DNA of 64,000 nucleotides from a virus. The notes below the pieces were generated by a model. It was not told the DNA's origin, made no database searches, and saw only the letters and a program-made list of their open reading frames with translations. The stretch covers positions 32,001-96,000 of IMG/VR virus record IMGVR_UViG_3300027833_003138. One strand, given 5' to 3'. Shown here one piece after another: positions 1 to 8,616 of this stretch. Position numbers and translations under genes: made by a program. Position 1 is the stretch's first letter. Every line of letters begins with the position of its first letter.

Positions 1-210
1 TGAGATTTCAATCGGTCGAGTTTCGTTTGCTTCGACATTCGCATCTAGTGCGTTAGCACTAATCTCACGAACGACTGCAAGTCGAGTGTTAGAGTAATTG
101 TTTCGCAAAAGCGAGGCAACATAACGCATATCTTCGGCATCAATAGTACAATTTACGGAATCAAAATCGTGCGATTGCACAATGGTTTTTTTATCTTTTT
201 CAATTATCAT
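1..210 (-). CDS. rIIA: rIIA-like GHKL ATPase protein, N-terminus (runs off window)
   Basis: Not in ORF track. ATG at 210 reads MIIEKDKKTIVQSHDFDSVNCTIDAEDMRYVASLLRNNYSNTRLAVVREISANALDA, matching the rIIA/HATPase YSN..AVVRE..NA.D motif; promoter at 246-274. Confidence 0.75.
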   Translation of the reverse strand, partial: MIIEKDKKTIVQSHDFDSVNCTIDAEDMRYVASLLRNNYSNTRLAVVREISANALDANVEANETRPIEIS

Positions 211-245
211 TTTTTTTCAATTAGTTTTGTTTTAAGTAAGACTCT

Positions 246-274
246 ATCTTAATATAGGTTTTAAAGTTTGTCAA
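246..274 (-). promoter_or_regulatory. sigma70-type promoter TTGACA-N17-TAAGAT
   Basis: Read directly upstream of the rIIA-like gene. Confidence 0.7.
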
Positions 275-282
275 GAAAAAAG

Positions 283-507
283 TTATTGTAATCTTCCACC
301 GCCATCAATTACATTACGCAAGCAACTTGATTGACCTTTCCTAGAGGAAATTGACTTGGCTTGGTTGAAGCTATCTGCACTAGCGTACTGCACTAAAATT
401 GGAGTGCTTTTATCTAAATATACCATCATACCCTTGCGAGGTTGTGAGGCTAACTCTTTTTCGTGCTTCTCAATTGAAGCTTTCATGTCTGCAATAAAAT
501 CTATCAT
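283..507 (-). CDS. hypothetical protein
   Basis: ORF; start placed at ATG 507, 6 nt after TTGACG-N17-CATACT (514-542). Confidence 0.6.
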   Translation of the reverse strand: MIDFIADMKASIEKHEKELASQPRKGMMVYLDKSTPILVQYASADSFNQAKSISSRKGQSSCLRNVIDGGGRLQ

Positions 508-561
508 TCCTAAAGTATGGCACAAAAATTAAATTGCGTCAAGACTTTTTTTTAAAAGAAA

Positions 562-795
562 TCAAGAATGCTCGCAAACCTCTAAAACTTCACTCTCATC
601 AATCCATTTATTTGCGAATGGACATTTTCTTTCCATCTTTAAGAGTTTTATACTCCAATGCTTATGATCCATCATCTCTAATTGATAGAACAAAGCTTCA
701 CTTGCGTTCCGTGCGAGATAGTAATGGTAATTGTGCCCTACAGAATTACCGCTAGTATATTCTATGCGAAACTCATACAATCTATCTTCATCCAT
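562..795 (-). CDS. hypothetical protein
   Basis: ORF overlapping the upstream stop. Confidence 0.65.
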   Translation of the reverse strand: MDEDRLYEFRIEYTSGNSVGHNYHYYLARNASEALFYQLEMMDHKHWSIKLLKMERKCPFANKWIDESEVLEVCEHS

Positions 796-1264
796 CTAAA
801 TCTTCTATATTAAAATCTTCTAAATCTAGTTCTTCTACTTCTTTAACTGCTTTATTTAATTCTTTTTTTTCTTTAGTTATTTTTTCTCTACTGAATCCCC
901 AAAATGTTATTTCCCATAATACATGAGCAACGATGGTAGTTTGATTAAATTTTTTAGGAGCAATAACTTCGCAGTCGATTATCTCTCCCCAATCCATAAA
1001 ATCTAAAGCATAGTGTTCATCTTCATGGTCATCATAAAAACATACATCTATTATTTGCTCTTTTTCGTTTTCGACTTCATTTAAGACAACTAAGTTTTTT
1101 GTTTTATTGTTTTGTTCGACAGACTTTAATTCTCTAAATGCTTGTTCAAATTTTATTGATAGATCAACAACCTTATCTTGAGGGTGATCTTTTAAGAAAG
1201 TTTTGTATATAACATTGAAAATATTTTTATATGATTTTCTGTATAATAGTTCTCTTAATGTCAT
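788..1264 (-). CDS. hypothetical protein
   Basis: 158-aa ORF with GTGTA motif 9 nt before ATG. Confidence 0.75.
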   Translation of the reverse strand: MTLRELLYRKSYKNIFNVIYKTFLKDHPQDKVVDLSIKFEQAFRELKSVEQNNKTKNLVVLNEVENEKEQIIDVCFYDDHEDEHYALDFMDWGEIIDCEVIAPKKFNQTTIVAHVLWEITFWGFSREKITKEKKELNKAVKEVEELDLEDFNIEDLDG

Positions 1265-1287
1265 ATATGTATATACACCTTATTTAG

Positions 1288-1476
1288 TTACAGATTTTCG
1301 TCAGACCAATATATATCTTCAAACAAAACAAAATCAATATTTGATCCATTTTCTTGTTCAACTCCGACTGCAATGCCTTCTGAGACTGAGATTCCAGAAT
1401 CTTCCCAAAAGAATTCTTCCACTTCACTAGCGTACATTATTTGATAGCTATTTATTTTTTTTGTATTTGCTTTCAT
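1288..1476 (-). CDS. hypothetical acidic protein
   Basis: ORF in tight operon. Confidence 0.55.
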   Translation of the reverse strand: MKANTKKINSYQIMYASEVEEFFWEDSGISVSEGIAVGVEQENGSNIDFVLFEDIYWSDENL

Positions 1477-1477
1477 A

Positions 1478-1738
1478 TTAAAAATCTTTTATATCATCTT
1501 CGTCTATAGTATCTAGTCCGACAAATTTATATAACCAAGCCGAGAAATCTCTTAGGTCATATAGAAATCTTTTTGTGTTATTGTTTGCGACCCAAAACAT
1601 TTGTTGTTGCAATAACATTCCGTGCCTTTCTGATATTTCTTCAAGCTTTGAAATGGGCAAGTCTTCTGTGCAAGTTTCATACATTAAATTTATAGCTTCC
1701 ATTTTTCTAGCAATCTCTTCGTCATAATCTTCTTCCAT
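1478..1738 (-). CDS. hypothetical protein
   Basis: ORF in tight operon. Confidence 0.65.
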   Translation of the reverse strand: MEEDYDEEIARKMEAINLMYETCTEDLPISKLEEISERHGMLLQQQMFWVANNNTKRFLYDLRDFSAWLYKFVGLDTIDEDDIKDF

Positions 1739-1740
1739 AT

Positions 1741-1896
1741 TTATTCTCCTATGGTGGATAATTCTATCATTTCTGATATATGCTTTTGCAATTCGAGTTC
1801 TATTTTATTTGCTAGAATTTCTCTTGCACTTTCGCTTTTTATATTTATTTGTGAGTCTTGCAACTCCTCTAAAACTTTAAGGATTATTTCTTTCAT
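1741..1896 (-). CDS. small hypothetical protein (MKEIILKVLEELQDSQ...)
   Basis: Hand-translated; follows consensus promoter 1905-1933. Confidence 0.6.
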   Translation of the reverse strand: MKEIILKVLEELQDSQINIKSESAREILANKIELELQKHISEMIELSTIGE

Positions 1897-1904
1897 ATTC
1901 ATCT

Positions 1905-1933
1905 ATTATAACATATCTATTCTTATTTGTCAA
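1905..1933 (-). promoter_or_regulatory. consensus sigma70 promoter TTGACA-N17-TATAAT
   Basis: Exact consensus match. Confidence 0.85.
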
Positions 1934-1941
1934 GAATATTT

Positions 1942-2166
1942 TTAGCCTTCGTAATCGTCAAATTCATTTGATTCGGGATCAAAAATTGGAAATAGATAAC
2001 TTATTTGCGTTCCATCTTTTTCTTCTTCCATAACTGCTTCGTATCTTATTTCACCACTCGCTTCATGCCATAGTCCATCTACCATAATTCCGCTTTTAAA
2101 AACAGAGGAAAATGTATGATCCATGTGGAATCTGACATATCTTTTACTTTTCTCCCCTACATCCAT
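1942..2166 (-). CDS. hypothetical protein
   Basis: ORF. Confidence 0.6.
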   Translation of the reverse strand: MDVGEKSKRYVRFHMDHTFSSVFKSGIMVDGLWHEASGEIRYEAVMEEEKDGTQISYLFPIFDPESNEFDDYEG

Positions 2167-2458
2167 TTGACTCTTTCAAGCATAAAGCTAAAGATTCTAA
2201 ATCGAATCGAGATTGAGTGGAAGTGGCAAAAAGATTTCTGTTGTCCATTTGATTCCATATTTGTTTGCATAAAGAAATTTTTTCAATTAAGTTAATTTCT
2301 TTCATTTGATTCACGATTTCTCTCCAAAAAGAATATGACTTTCTGTCTCTTATTTGTTTTTCTTTGTGGAATAATTTAATATTATTTGCTTCAATTAAAT
2401 CTTCAAAATCTAAATATTTAAAAGTGCAAAGTTTATTATTTAATAAAACTTCTCTCAT
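2144..2458 (-). CDS. hypothetical protein
   Basis: ORF; ATG 2458 overlaps the upstream TGA (ATGA). Confidence 0.6.
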   Translation of the reverse strand: MREVLLNNKLCTFKYLDFEDLIEANNIKLFHKEKQIRDRKSYSFWREIVNQMKEINLIEKISLCKQIWNQMDNRNLFATSTQSRFDLESLALCLKESNGCRGEK

Positions 2459-2538
2459 CGAGTAAATAACCAAACTCCCATACTAATAATTAATATGACA
2501 TTTACTGCAATAACTGAAATGGCTATTTTATCACCCAT
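2455..2538 (-). CDS. 27-aa single-TM microprotein (MGDKIAISVIAVNVILIISMGVWLFTR)
   Basis: Fills the gap exactly, overlapping both neighbours; hydrophobic. Confidence 0.5.
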   Translation of the reverse strand: MGDKIAISVIAVNVILIISMGVWLFTR

Positions 2539-2866
2539 TAAATATTACCTTTCCGTTTTTATAATCAAATAAAAGTTTTGTTATTTCTGTATTTATTTGG
2601 TGATGTTCATTTTCTTCATTGGGTGGATCAACACGATATGCCGAGCAACTCCATTCGTACCCATCAAAGTCATCATACTTTTGTCCAAAGTTCGCCTCAT
2701 GAATGTTATAGTCAATAAAATTTCCATTATTTAATGGAACGCTATTCCAATAGTCAAAATTATCTCCATCAGTTTCGAGGTCGGGATTAACTTCAACTTT
2801 TTTTATATGCGATAACGCTTTGTCGATTATTAATAATTCAACTTCTTTATCTAATTCTAGTAACAT
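2531..2866 (-). CDS. hypothetical protein
   Basis: ORF. Confidence 0.65.
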   Translation of the reverse strand: MLLELDKEVELLIIDKALSHIKKVEVNPDLETDGDNFDYWNSVPLNNGNFIDYNIHEANFGQKYDDFDGYEWSCSAYRVDPPNEENEHHQINTEITKLLFDYKNGKVIFNG

Positions 2867-2870
2867 TCTC

Positions 2871-3098
2871 TTATTTATCCTTATTTGAAATTATCCCATT
2901 TTGAATTAACTGCTCGAATACATTCCACATTTTTTGATAGCGAGTATCGTGAAGTTGTTTTATTCCAATTAACATATTTAATATTTGGTCTTCGGTATGC
3001 TTGATCGGACAATCTCCAATCGCATATATAATTGTATCTATGTCTTCACCTGTTTGGTAGAGATTACTCATCGCGTCTTCTAGTTCAAATCTATTCAT
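2871..3098 (-). CDS. hypothetical protein
   Basis: ORF starting 7 nt after TTGACA-N17-TATAGT (3106-3134). Confidence 0.7.
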   Translation of the reverse strand: MNRFELEDAMSNLYQTGEDIDTIIYAIGDCPIKHTEDQILNMLIGIKQLHDTRYQKMWNVFEQLIQNGIISNKDK

Positions 3099-3136
3099 GC
3101 TTACAACTATATGATATTCTCAAGGATTTGTCAAGC

Positions 3137-3325
3137 CTAATCTTCTGTTGATTTTATTACTTGGGAGATTGATGCAGTATATAGCCTTTTCCTATCAAGT
3201 AGTTGTTTGTATTTTTTCTTAGCTTTATCTAGCGAGTTGAATGTTTGCCATTCATTGATTTGCAGAGGGCTTTGTTTGATAGTTAAAGACCATGAAACAA
3301 CATATTTTTGATTATCGACCGACAT
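3137..3325 (-). CDS. hypothetical protein
   Basis: ORF. Confidence 0.55.
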   Translation of the reverse strand: MSVDNQKYVVSWSLTIKQSPLQINEWQTFNSLDKAKKKYKQLLDRKRLYTASISQVIKSTED

Positions 3326-3331
3326 AAAATC

Positions 3332-3559
3332 TTATATATCAAGCTGATCTTTTGTTAATCTGTGCAGAGTTTCTAGCCTATCTTCTGCATCTGCGAGGAG
3401 AGACAATGCTTCTTCTGCGTTTTTGTAAAAGTCTTCAGTCGAATGATCTCCGATTCCAACTGCATTATTTCCTAGCAGATCAAGGCTCAACTTGGCTTTT
3501 GCCACATCTGCTTTTGCAGAACTCTTTAACATTTGGTATAAATTATTGTTCATCTTCAT
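3332..3559 (-). CDS. hypothetical phage protein (VGIGDH motif, helical)
   Basis: ORF; likely start at MKMNN. Confidence 0.65.
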   Translation of the reverse strand: MKMNNNLYQMLKSSAKADVAKAKLSLDLLGNNAVGIGDHSTEDFYKNAEEALSLLADAEDRLETLHRLTKDQLDI

Positions 3560-3653
3560 TCGTAAATAATAACATAAAACTTGCCCAAATACAATAACAA
3601 AATACGCCAATCGCCAAAAAAGTTCCTTTCAGCCAATCTAAAAATTTATTCAT
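3543..3653 (-). CDS. 36-aa single-TM microprotein
   Basis: MNKFLDWLKGTFLAIGVFCYCIWASFMLLFTNEDEQ; overlaps both neighbours. Confidence 0.5.
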   Translation of the reverse strand: MNKFLDWLKGTFLAIGVFCYCIWASFMLLFTNEDEQ

Positions 3654-3921
3654 TTGAGTAGGGTTTTACATCTTTATTTAAAAGAATCTTTTTTTCTTCG
3701 TATTCAGAAATCAACCTTCTATATAATTCCATTTTTGCACATTCTAATGCCCCAACGATGTCATTATATGTTTGATAACTTTTTTTATTTTGCGAAATAT
3801 ATTGTGCAATTATTTGGTGGATTGCATAATTTAAACCACCCGAATCGTTAATTTCTGATAAATTGAGAGCGATTAAGCCTCGATCTACTTTTTCTTTTTC
3901 TGATGTTGGTATATATGGCAT
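3646..3921 (-). CDS. conserved-looking hypothetical phage protein (MPYI...G.LNY...GALECAK.E.YRR)
   Basis: ORF starting 6 nt after perfect promoter 3928-3956. Confidence 0.75.
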   Translation of the reverse strand: MPYIPTSEKEKVDRGLIALNLSEINDSGGLNYAIHQIIAQYISQNKKSYQTYNDIVGALECAKMELYRRLISEYEEKKILLNKDVKPYSNE

Positions 3922-3927
3922 GGAGAT

Positions 3928-3956
3928 ATTATATTTGATTTATTTAAAAATGTCAA
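3928..3956 (-). promoter_or_regulatory. consensus sigma70 promoter TTGACA-N17-TATAAT
   Basis: Exact consensus match. Confidence 0.85.
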
Positions 3957-3959
3957 GCG

Positions 3960-4619
3960 TTATTTTTCTTGTTGTTTATAAATGCTATATTTGTGAGTTC
4001 TCGAAAATGCAAGTTTGAAGTATGTAAAAAATTCTGCTTCTCTAACATGAATATTGTAACCATCGTTATCATATATTCTATACAATGATGTTTTAAATTT
4101 CATTGGTAAATAAAAATTTCTATTCATACATTTCTTGACGAATACAACTGCATGATCTAATACCTTTCGGGATATTTTATTTGCTTTAAATTTGTTTTTA
4201 ATAAATTCTAAATACTCTTGTTTTTCTTTGTTTCTTACCTTTGCTATATATTTATCATATGCAGATTGGAAATCTTGAATAGTTAAAGCAGTATCTCGCC
4301 CGACATCTTGTTCTGTTGTGAATTTTTTAGAAGTTTTTTTTTCGCTTATTTTATTTCGGCATTCTATATTTGATTTATACATTTCTTTTTGTCGCTTTAA
4401 TTCAAGATCATTATCTTGCATTTTAACTATGGCTTTGTTTTCAGTCATTTTTCCATCAAGCACCTCTCTAACGCAAATTTGCACTATACTTGTTGTGACT
4501 CTGTAAGGATAATTTCTGCAAATGAATTTATAAAACTTGCCACTTATTTTGCCGTGCTTTAATTTTTTATGCAAGTATCTTCTGTAGTTGCAATTTTTTG
4601 TATTGTGCAATGTTTTCAT
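3960..4619 (-). CDS. hypothetical basic protein
   Basis: 219-aa Lys-rich ORF. Confidence 0.7.
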   Translation of the reverse strand: MKTLHNTKNCNYRRYLHKKLKHGKISGKFYKFICRNYPYRVTTSIVQICVREVLDGKMTENKAIVKMQDNDLELKRQKEMYKSNIECRNKISEKKTSKKFTTEQDVGRDTALTIQDFQSAYDKYIAKVRNKEKQEYLEFIKNKFKANKISRKVLDHAVVFVKKCMNRNFYLPMKFKTSLYRIYDNDGYNIHVREAEFFTYFKLAFSRTHKYSIYKQQEK

Positions 4620-4688
4620 ATGTACATATTTTAGCTTTTTATCGACATATATTTAAAATGTGTCGATTTTGTAAGCATATTATTTTGT

Positions 4689-4910
4689 TTATTTGTTTTC
4701 TTTATTCCCCCAAAAGCCACAAACGCATGGCTTGTTATTTTTTTGATTTGCTCCTTCTTGGAAGCCTTTTTCATATGATTGATTTGCGTTTTTACTTAAT
4801 ATTTTTTCAAATTTTTTAGATAATATTTCTTGTGCATCTGCGAAACCTTTATTGTATCCACGCTCGTAGTAGATGTTTTCTGCTATATCTTGTGTCATGT
4901 CGCTGTTCAT
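4689..4910 (-). CDS. hypothetical protein (Y..GY..GF repeats)
   Basis: ORF; promoter TTGACA-N17-GATAAT 4911-4939. Confidence 0.6.
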   Translation of the reverse strand: MNSDMTQDIAENIYYERGYNKGFADAQEILSKKFEKILSKNANQSYEKGFQEGANQKNNKPCVCGFWGNKENK

Positions 4911-4943
4911 ATTATCTCATATTTTTTTGAGTTTGTCAAATCT

Positions 4944-5129
4944 TTAATCTTCGTGCAACTTTCTTTTATTTATTGTCATTTTCCAAACCTTGTGTTCTGT
5001 ATCAAGCTCCATGCTCCAATACATTATTTTACTATAGACAGGATATAAGAAAGCAAATAAATCACAATACAATAAAAAACTTAATGCGTGACCGCAATAA
5101 TATAAAAAATTACTTGCAATTAACTTCAT
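4944..5129 (-). CDS. hypothetical protein
   Basis: ORF. Confidence 0.5.
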   Translation of the reverse strand: MKLIASNFLYYCGHALSFLLYCDLFAFLYPVYSKIMYWSMELDTEHKVWKMTINKRKLHED

Positions 5130-5400
5130 CTATTTTAGCTTGTACTGCTTCTTCGCAGAGTTCGTTGAATGTTATATTTCTTTCGTGTGCGAATTTCATG
5201 TATTTGAGCAATTCTTCATCATCAAATTGTAATTCTATATTTTCGTATTTTACTTTTTTAATAATAAATGCTTCGTCTTGAGGAATGAATTTTAAATCAT
5301 CCCCTTCTTCCCAACCCAAACGATTCAAAACATCATCGGGGAGGCGGAAATATAATTCGCCATCAAAACTTTCTTTAACTTCTAATTCTGATATTTTCAT
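5110..5400 (-). CDS. AbrB/MazE/SpoVT-like DNA-binding protein
   Basis: GELYFRLPDDVLNRLGWEEGDDLKF fits the swapped-hairpin AbrB motif. Confidence 0.7.
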   Translation of the reverse strand: MKISELEVKESFDGELYFRLPDDVLNRLGWEEGDDLKFIPQDEAFIIKKVKYENIELQFDDEELLKYMKFAHERNITFNELCEEAVQAKIDEVNCK

Positions 5401-5595
5401 CTATATGTTTTTTCTACTCTTGATTGATGCAATGATACATTTCGCTCCATGCTCGTTTGAGGTCATTAAAGCTTCTCCGTTGGACATCATTATTTTGTAC
5501 ATTAGTTTTCCAGAATGAATTCTTTCTTTTACATAAATTACTTGTTTGGGATTTATATGGTATTTTTCGTTATTTGCGTCTTCTATTGTTATCAT
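5401..5595 (-). CDS. hypothetical protein
   Basis: ORF. Confidence 0.6.
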   Translation of the reverse strand: MITIEDANNEKYHINPKQVIYVKERIHSGKLMYKIMMSNGEALMTSNEHGAKCIIASIKSRKNI

Positions 5596-5613
5596 TTTTT
5601 ATAAAGCTAGTGG

Positions 5614-5811
5614 TTAGTTTATATTTGCTTCTCTCTCTTTTTTAATTGCAGTATATATTTTGTAAATCATATCTTTCTGCGTATTGTACTTTATTTGAGA
5701 GTCAAGATCAATACCTTCTGCTATAGTTCTGTCAACATTTCTGACTGCAAGTAAGGCAAGGTTGAATCCGTGTTTTGCTCCATTATTAAATTGATCATAC
5801 TCTTTGCTCAT
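5614..5811 (-). CDS. hypothetical protein
   Basis: ORF. Confidence 0.6.
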   Translation of the reverse strand: MSKEYDQFNNGAKHGFNLALLAVRNVDRTIAEGIDLDSQIKYNTQKDMIYKIYTAIKKEREANIN

Positions 5812-5813
5812 TT

Positions 5814-6185
5814 TTATTTGAACATATCGTCTTCTTGATTATAGAGATCGTCTTGAAATTTTTGAACTTTGTCTTGATGCTTTGCTTCGTCCCAACCTTT
5901 CGCATAGCCTTCGTTATATGTTTTCATAAAATTTTCTTCTTGAGCGAGATACATTGGGTGGTCGGGGTCAGTATAATTATATTTCGTGTGACCTTGTCGA
6001 TTTTCATCTATTTCTTCTTGAGTGAACCATTTATATTCTGTATTGAATAATTCATCAACATTGCTCGGATGGTATCCCATACTGACGAGTAAGCCTTTAA
6101 ACATATCTCCAACGCTTTCTATATCTGCATCGTTATCATATTCAACGCTATAAGTTTTGTCGTAATTTGTAATTGTTATTTTCAT
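5814..6185 (-). CDS. hypothetical protein
   Basis: ORF. Confidence 0.7.
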   Translation of the reverse strand: MKITITNYDKTYSVEYDNDADIESVGDMFKGLLVSMGYHPSNVDELFNTEYKWFTQEEIDENRQGHTKYNYTDPDHPMYLAQEENFMKTYNEGYAKGWDEAKHQDKVQKFQDDLYNQEDDMFK

Positions 6186-6364
6186 TATTTACTCCAATCG
6201 CTTTCTAAAATATATTTTTTACTTACTTTATTCATTGCGAAAGCTCTATTTTTTATTTCCGCCTCTTTATTCGATAGTCTTGCGGAGTAAATTCTTGCGT
6301 AGGGGGCTTGCAGTTTTGTGTTTACTAATATATATTTATTTACTTTTGAATTGTCTTCTATCAT
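6185..6364 (-). CDS. 59-aa hypothetical protein
   Basis: Hand-translated MIEDNSKVNKYILVNTKLQAPYARIYS...; TAATG coupling to the next gene. Confidence 0.55.
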   Translation of the reverse strand: MIEDNSKVNKYILVNTKLQAPYARIYSARLSNKEAEIKNRAFAMNKVSKKYILESDWSK

Positions 6365-6438
6365 TTTTATATTTTACTTTTATCTTCCTTGTATATGATT
6401 TTGCTCTTGCTTGAATTTGTTATGTTCATGTCTTTATA

Positions 6439-6744
6439 TTATAGGTCTTGGTTTAGTTTGTCAAGCTCAAAATCTTCTTTTGTTTTGTTATTTAATTTAA
6501 TTAAAGTTCCTTTTTCGATATGTAACTCACTCTCTACTTCTTTGGCGACTTTCTCGCCAATTGATATTTCGTGATCTTTTGATAGAGAGTCTAATAATTG
6601 AACTAAACTTCTTCCTGTCTTAGTTCTATATTCTTGCCCACTCAAAAATAAATTCTCAGTATTCATAAGCATGAGATTATCTATTTTAACGATGACATGG
6701 TTGAATGCATCTGTACTTCCTCGTAATCCTAGTTGTATTTTCAT
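6439..6744 (-). CDS. hypothetical protein
   Basis: ORF. Confidence 0.6.
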   Translation of the reverse strand: MKIQLGLRGSTDAFNHVIVKIDNLMLMNTENLFLSGQEYRTKTGRSLVQLLDSLSKDHEISIGEKVAKEVESELHIEKGTLIKLNNKTKEDFELDKLNQDL

Positions 6745-6840
6745 TTAATTATATATTTTAATATTTGATATACCCAAGTGAAGTACCATGTACCGCACAA
6801 TAGAAGGCATATTATGTTGAAGCAATTTATTGGCACGAAT

Positions 6841-6993
6841 TTAATTATACTTCTTTTTTTTGTTCTTGTCAAGCTTGTTTTTGGCACTCTTCCATTTTAT
6901 TTTGGAATAGTTGTCTTGAAATTGTTTCGAAAAATTGCTTCGAGGCGAGTCGCCTTTGCCATTTTGATTATTTGATGATTTGCCTTTTGTCAT
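6841..6993 (-). CDS. small basic protein (GKGDSPR motif)
   Basis: Hand-translated MTKGKSSNNQNGKGDSPRSNFSKQFQDNYSKIKW... Confidence 0.5.
   Translation of the reverse strand: MTKGKSSNNQNGKGDSPRSNFSKQFQDNYSKIKWKSAKNKLDKNKKKKYN
6844..6872 (-). promoter_or_regulatory. consensus sigma70 promoter TTGACA-N17-TATAAT
   Basis: Exact consensus match. Confidence 0.8.
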
Positions 6994-6994
6994 T

Positions 6995-7072
6995 TTATAC
7001 AAAATATACTAACATAATTATGATCCCTACAACAATACCCAATTCAATAAAGAATGTTAGTCTGCTCTTCAT
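6995..7072 (-). CDS. 25-aa single-TM microprotein
   Basis: MKSRLTFFIELGIVVGIIIMLVYFV; ATGA overlap with the uvdE stop. Confidence 0.5.
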   Translation of the reverse strand: MKSRLTFFIELGIVVGIIIMLVYFV

Positions 7073-8088
7073 CCGTATAACGCTTTTTGCAGTAAGCGAA
7101 TAGCTTTGTCTTTGCCTTTAACTTCACATTCCCACTTTGCGGGTCTATCTACATCTATCGCAATATGAGGGGGGGTATTTCCAAGAGCGAAATAATCTGC
7201 GTGCGCTCTTGGTTTTTCGGGCTTACCTTCAGACCAATGAAATACAGGAGCAAAATAATCTGCCACTGCCTCGCATTCATCGTCATGCGGTTTATCTGTA
7301 TTTACCCATGTGTAAGCACATCTCTCTGCTTGAAATGTAATATTGCGTTCTTCTGATGGATTGCAAAAATCATGTAAATTGTCATAGCAGACAGGTATTT
7401 GAGCTCCGAATGTATCGTATAAGTGGTCGCTAAATTTTATGCAGTTATCTACATTAAAGAAACCTTTGTCTTCGTTTTCTATAGTTATTCGTTTGTAAAC
7501 TCCTTTATCGCACATAGAAAGATTGCGGAAGAATCTGGTAGCGACAATCTCTAATGTTTCATCTGCTTGTGGAGTGTAATTAATGTGAATATTCATTGGG
7601 GCACTATGATCTTGAGGTAAGCCTAATTGGTCAAGGACACTTGCTTGAAAATTTAATTCATTTATCGTTCGCTTTACTGCATCTTTATTATTTGACGCAA
7701 GAACATTAAATTGATCGGGGTGAGAGCCGATAGAAATCCTCAATGTTCGAGCAATTAATCCTGCTTGCCTTAATTCCTGTTTGATCGTGGCGTAATTCGG
7801 AAGGTCTTCAAGAGATATTTCCAAAGTTTGATCGGTAAGGAGAGGAAAAAGAGAAGAGCTAAGGCGATAATGCCTAATATTTGTGGCACTGCAATGATTG
7901 ATAATATATTGAGTAACAATAACATTGTGCAAAATTCTTTCAGAGAGTTGACTAAGGGCTTCATTTCTACTTTCTGAGTTACACAAATCATTGAATCTCT
8001 TGCGAGTCATTGTGCGAAATGAGTATTTCTTTTTGTCTTTATCTTTGAGTTCCTCACTAATGCAAGTTAGTCCTAGTATTGTTGTCAT
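7069..8088 (-). CDS. uvdE: UV DNA damage endonuclease UvdE/UvsE
   Basis: LGLTC, YRLSSSLFP, HPDQF, IHI, IENED, DNLHD, H.SE, HAD and EVKGKD motifs of the UvdE TIM barrel; promoter TTGACA-N17-TATACT 8096-8124. Confidence 0.9.
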   Translation of the reverse strand: MTTILGLTCISEELKDKDKKKYSFRTMTRKRFNDLCNSESRNEALSQLSERILHNVIVTQYIINHCSATNIRHYRLSSSLFPLLTDQTLEISLEDLPNYATIKQELRQAGLIARTLRISIGSHPDQFNVLASNNKDAVKRTINELNFQASVLDQLGLPQDHSAPMNIHINYTPQADETLEIVATRFFRNLSMCDKGVYKRITIENEDKGFFNVDNCIKFSDHLYDTFGAQIPVCYDNLHDFCNPSEERNITFQAERCAYTWVNTDKPHDDECEAVADYFAPVFHWSEGKPEKPRAHADYFALGNTPPHIAIDVDRPAKWECEVKGKDKAIRLLQKALYG

Positions 8089-8135
8089 GTTTTATAGTAT
8101 AACACCTCGAATGGTGGTTGTCAAGCGTTTTCTGG

Positions 8136-8140
8136 GTGTA
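8136..8140 (+). promoter_or_regulatory. putative late promoter motif GTGTA
   Basis: 9 nt before ATG 8150; recurrent motif. Confidence 0.6.
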
Positions 8141-8149
8141 TATAGCTTT

Positions 8150-8386
8150 ATGGAAATTGAAGAAATAGTATTGATTGCGTTAGGAACAATGGTGTCTGTT
8201 GTGGCATTTTTCCTAAAAAAAGAAAATGTACGAGTTGAGAGGTTGAGCGAAAAAATTAGAAATCTAGAAATCTCTTTAGCTAAAAATGAAGCGAGAGATT
8301 GCGAAAGATGGATTCAGATATCCAAGCTTCTTGAGGATAGGAGAAATGATGTAATAAACTTATACAAAAGCATAAACAAAAAATAA
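8150..8386 (+). CDS. small membrane protein (N-terminal TM + coiled coil), possibly holin-like
   Basis: MEIEEIVLIALGTMVSVVAFFL then coiled coil; function inferred from topology only. Confidence 0.55.
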   Translation: MEIEEIVLIALGTMVSVVAFFLKKENVRVERLSEKIRNLEISLAKNEARDCERWIQISKLLEDRRNDVINLYKSINKK

Positions 8387-8616
8387 TATGCAAATGCTAG
8401 TGGATATATGGGAGGCTTTTTTGCTTATTTATCTTATAATTGCCATGGGAATGATATTTCTATTTAATAAATGATCGACAAAGCAACCCAAACTGATCTT
8501 TATATTTTAATCTCTTTGATTTTGTTTTTTATTGAGAGGGAGGCTGTTATTGAAGTTGCGTTCTTTATTATAGAAATGTTTTTTTTACTAATGTCGTTGT
8601 GACTATTTCTTGGGAT

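Noticed and set aside
5110-5400. MazEF-type toxin-antitoxin pair
   Set aside because: The AbrB-like gene has no recognisable toxin neighbour
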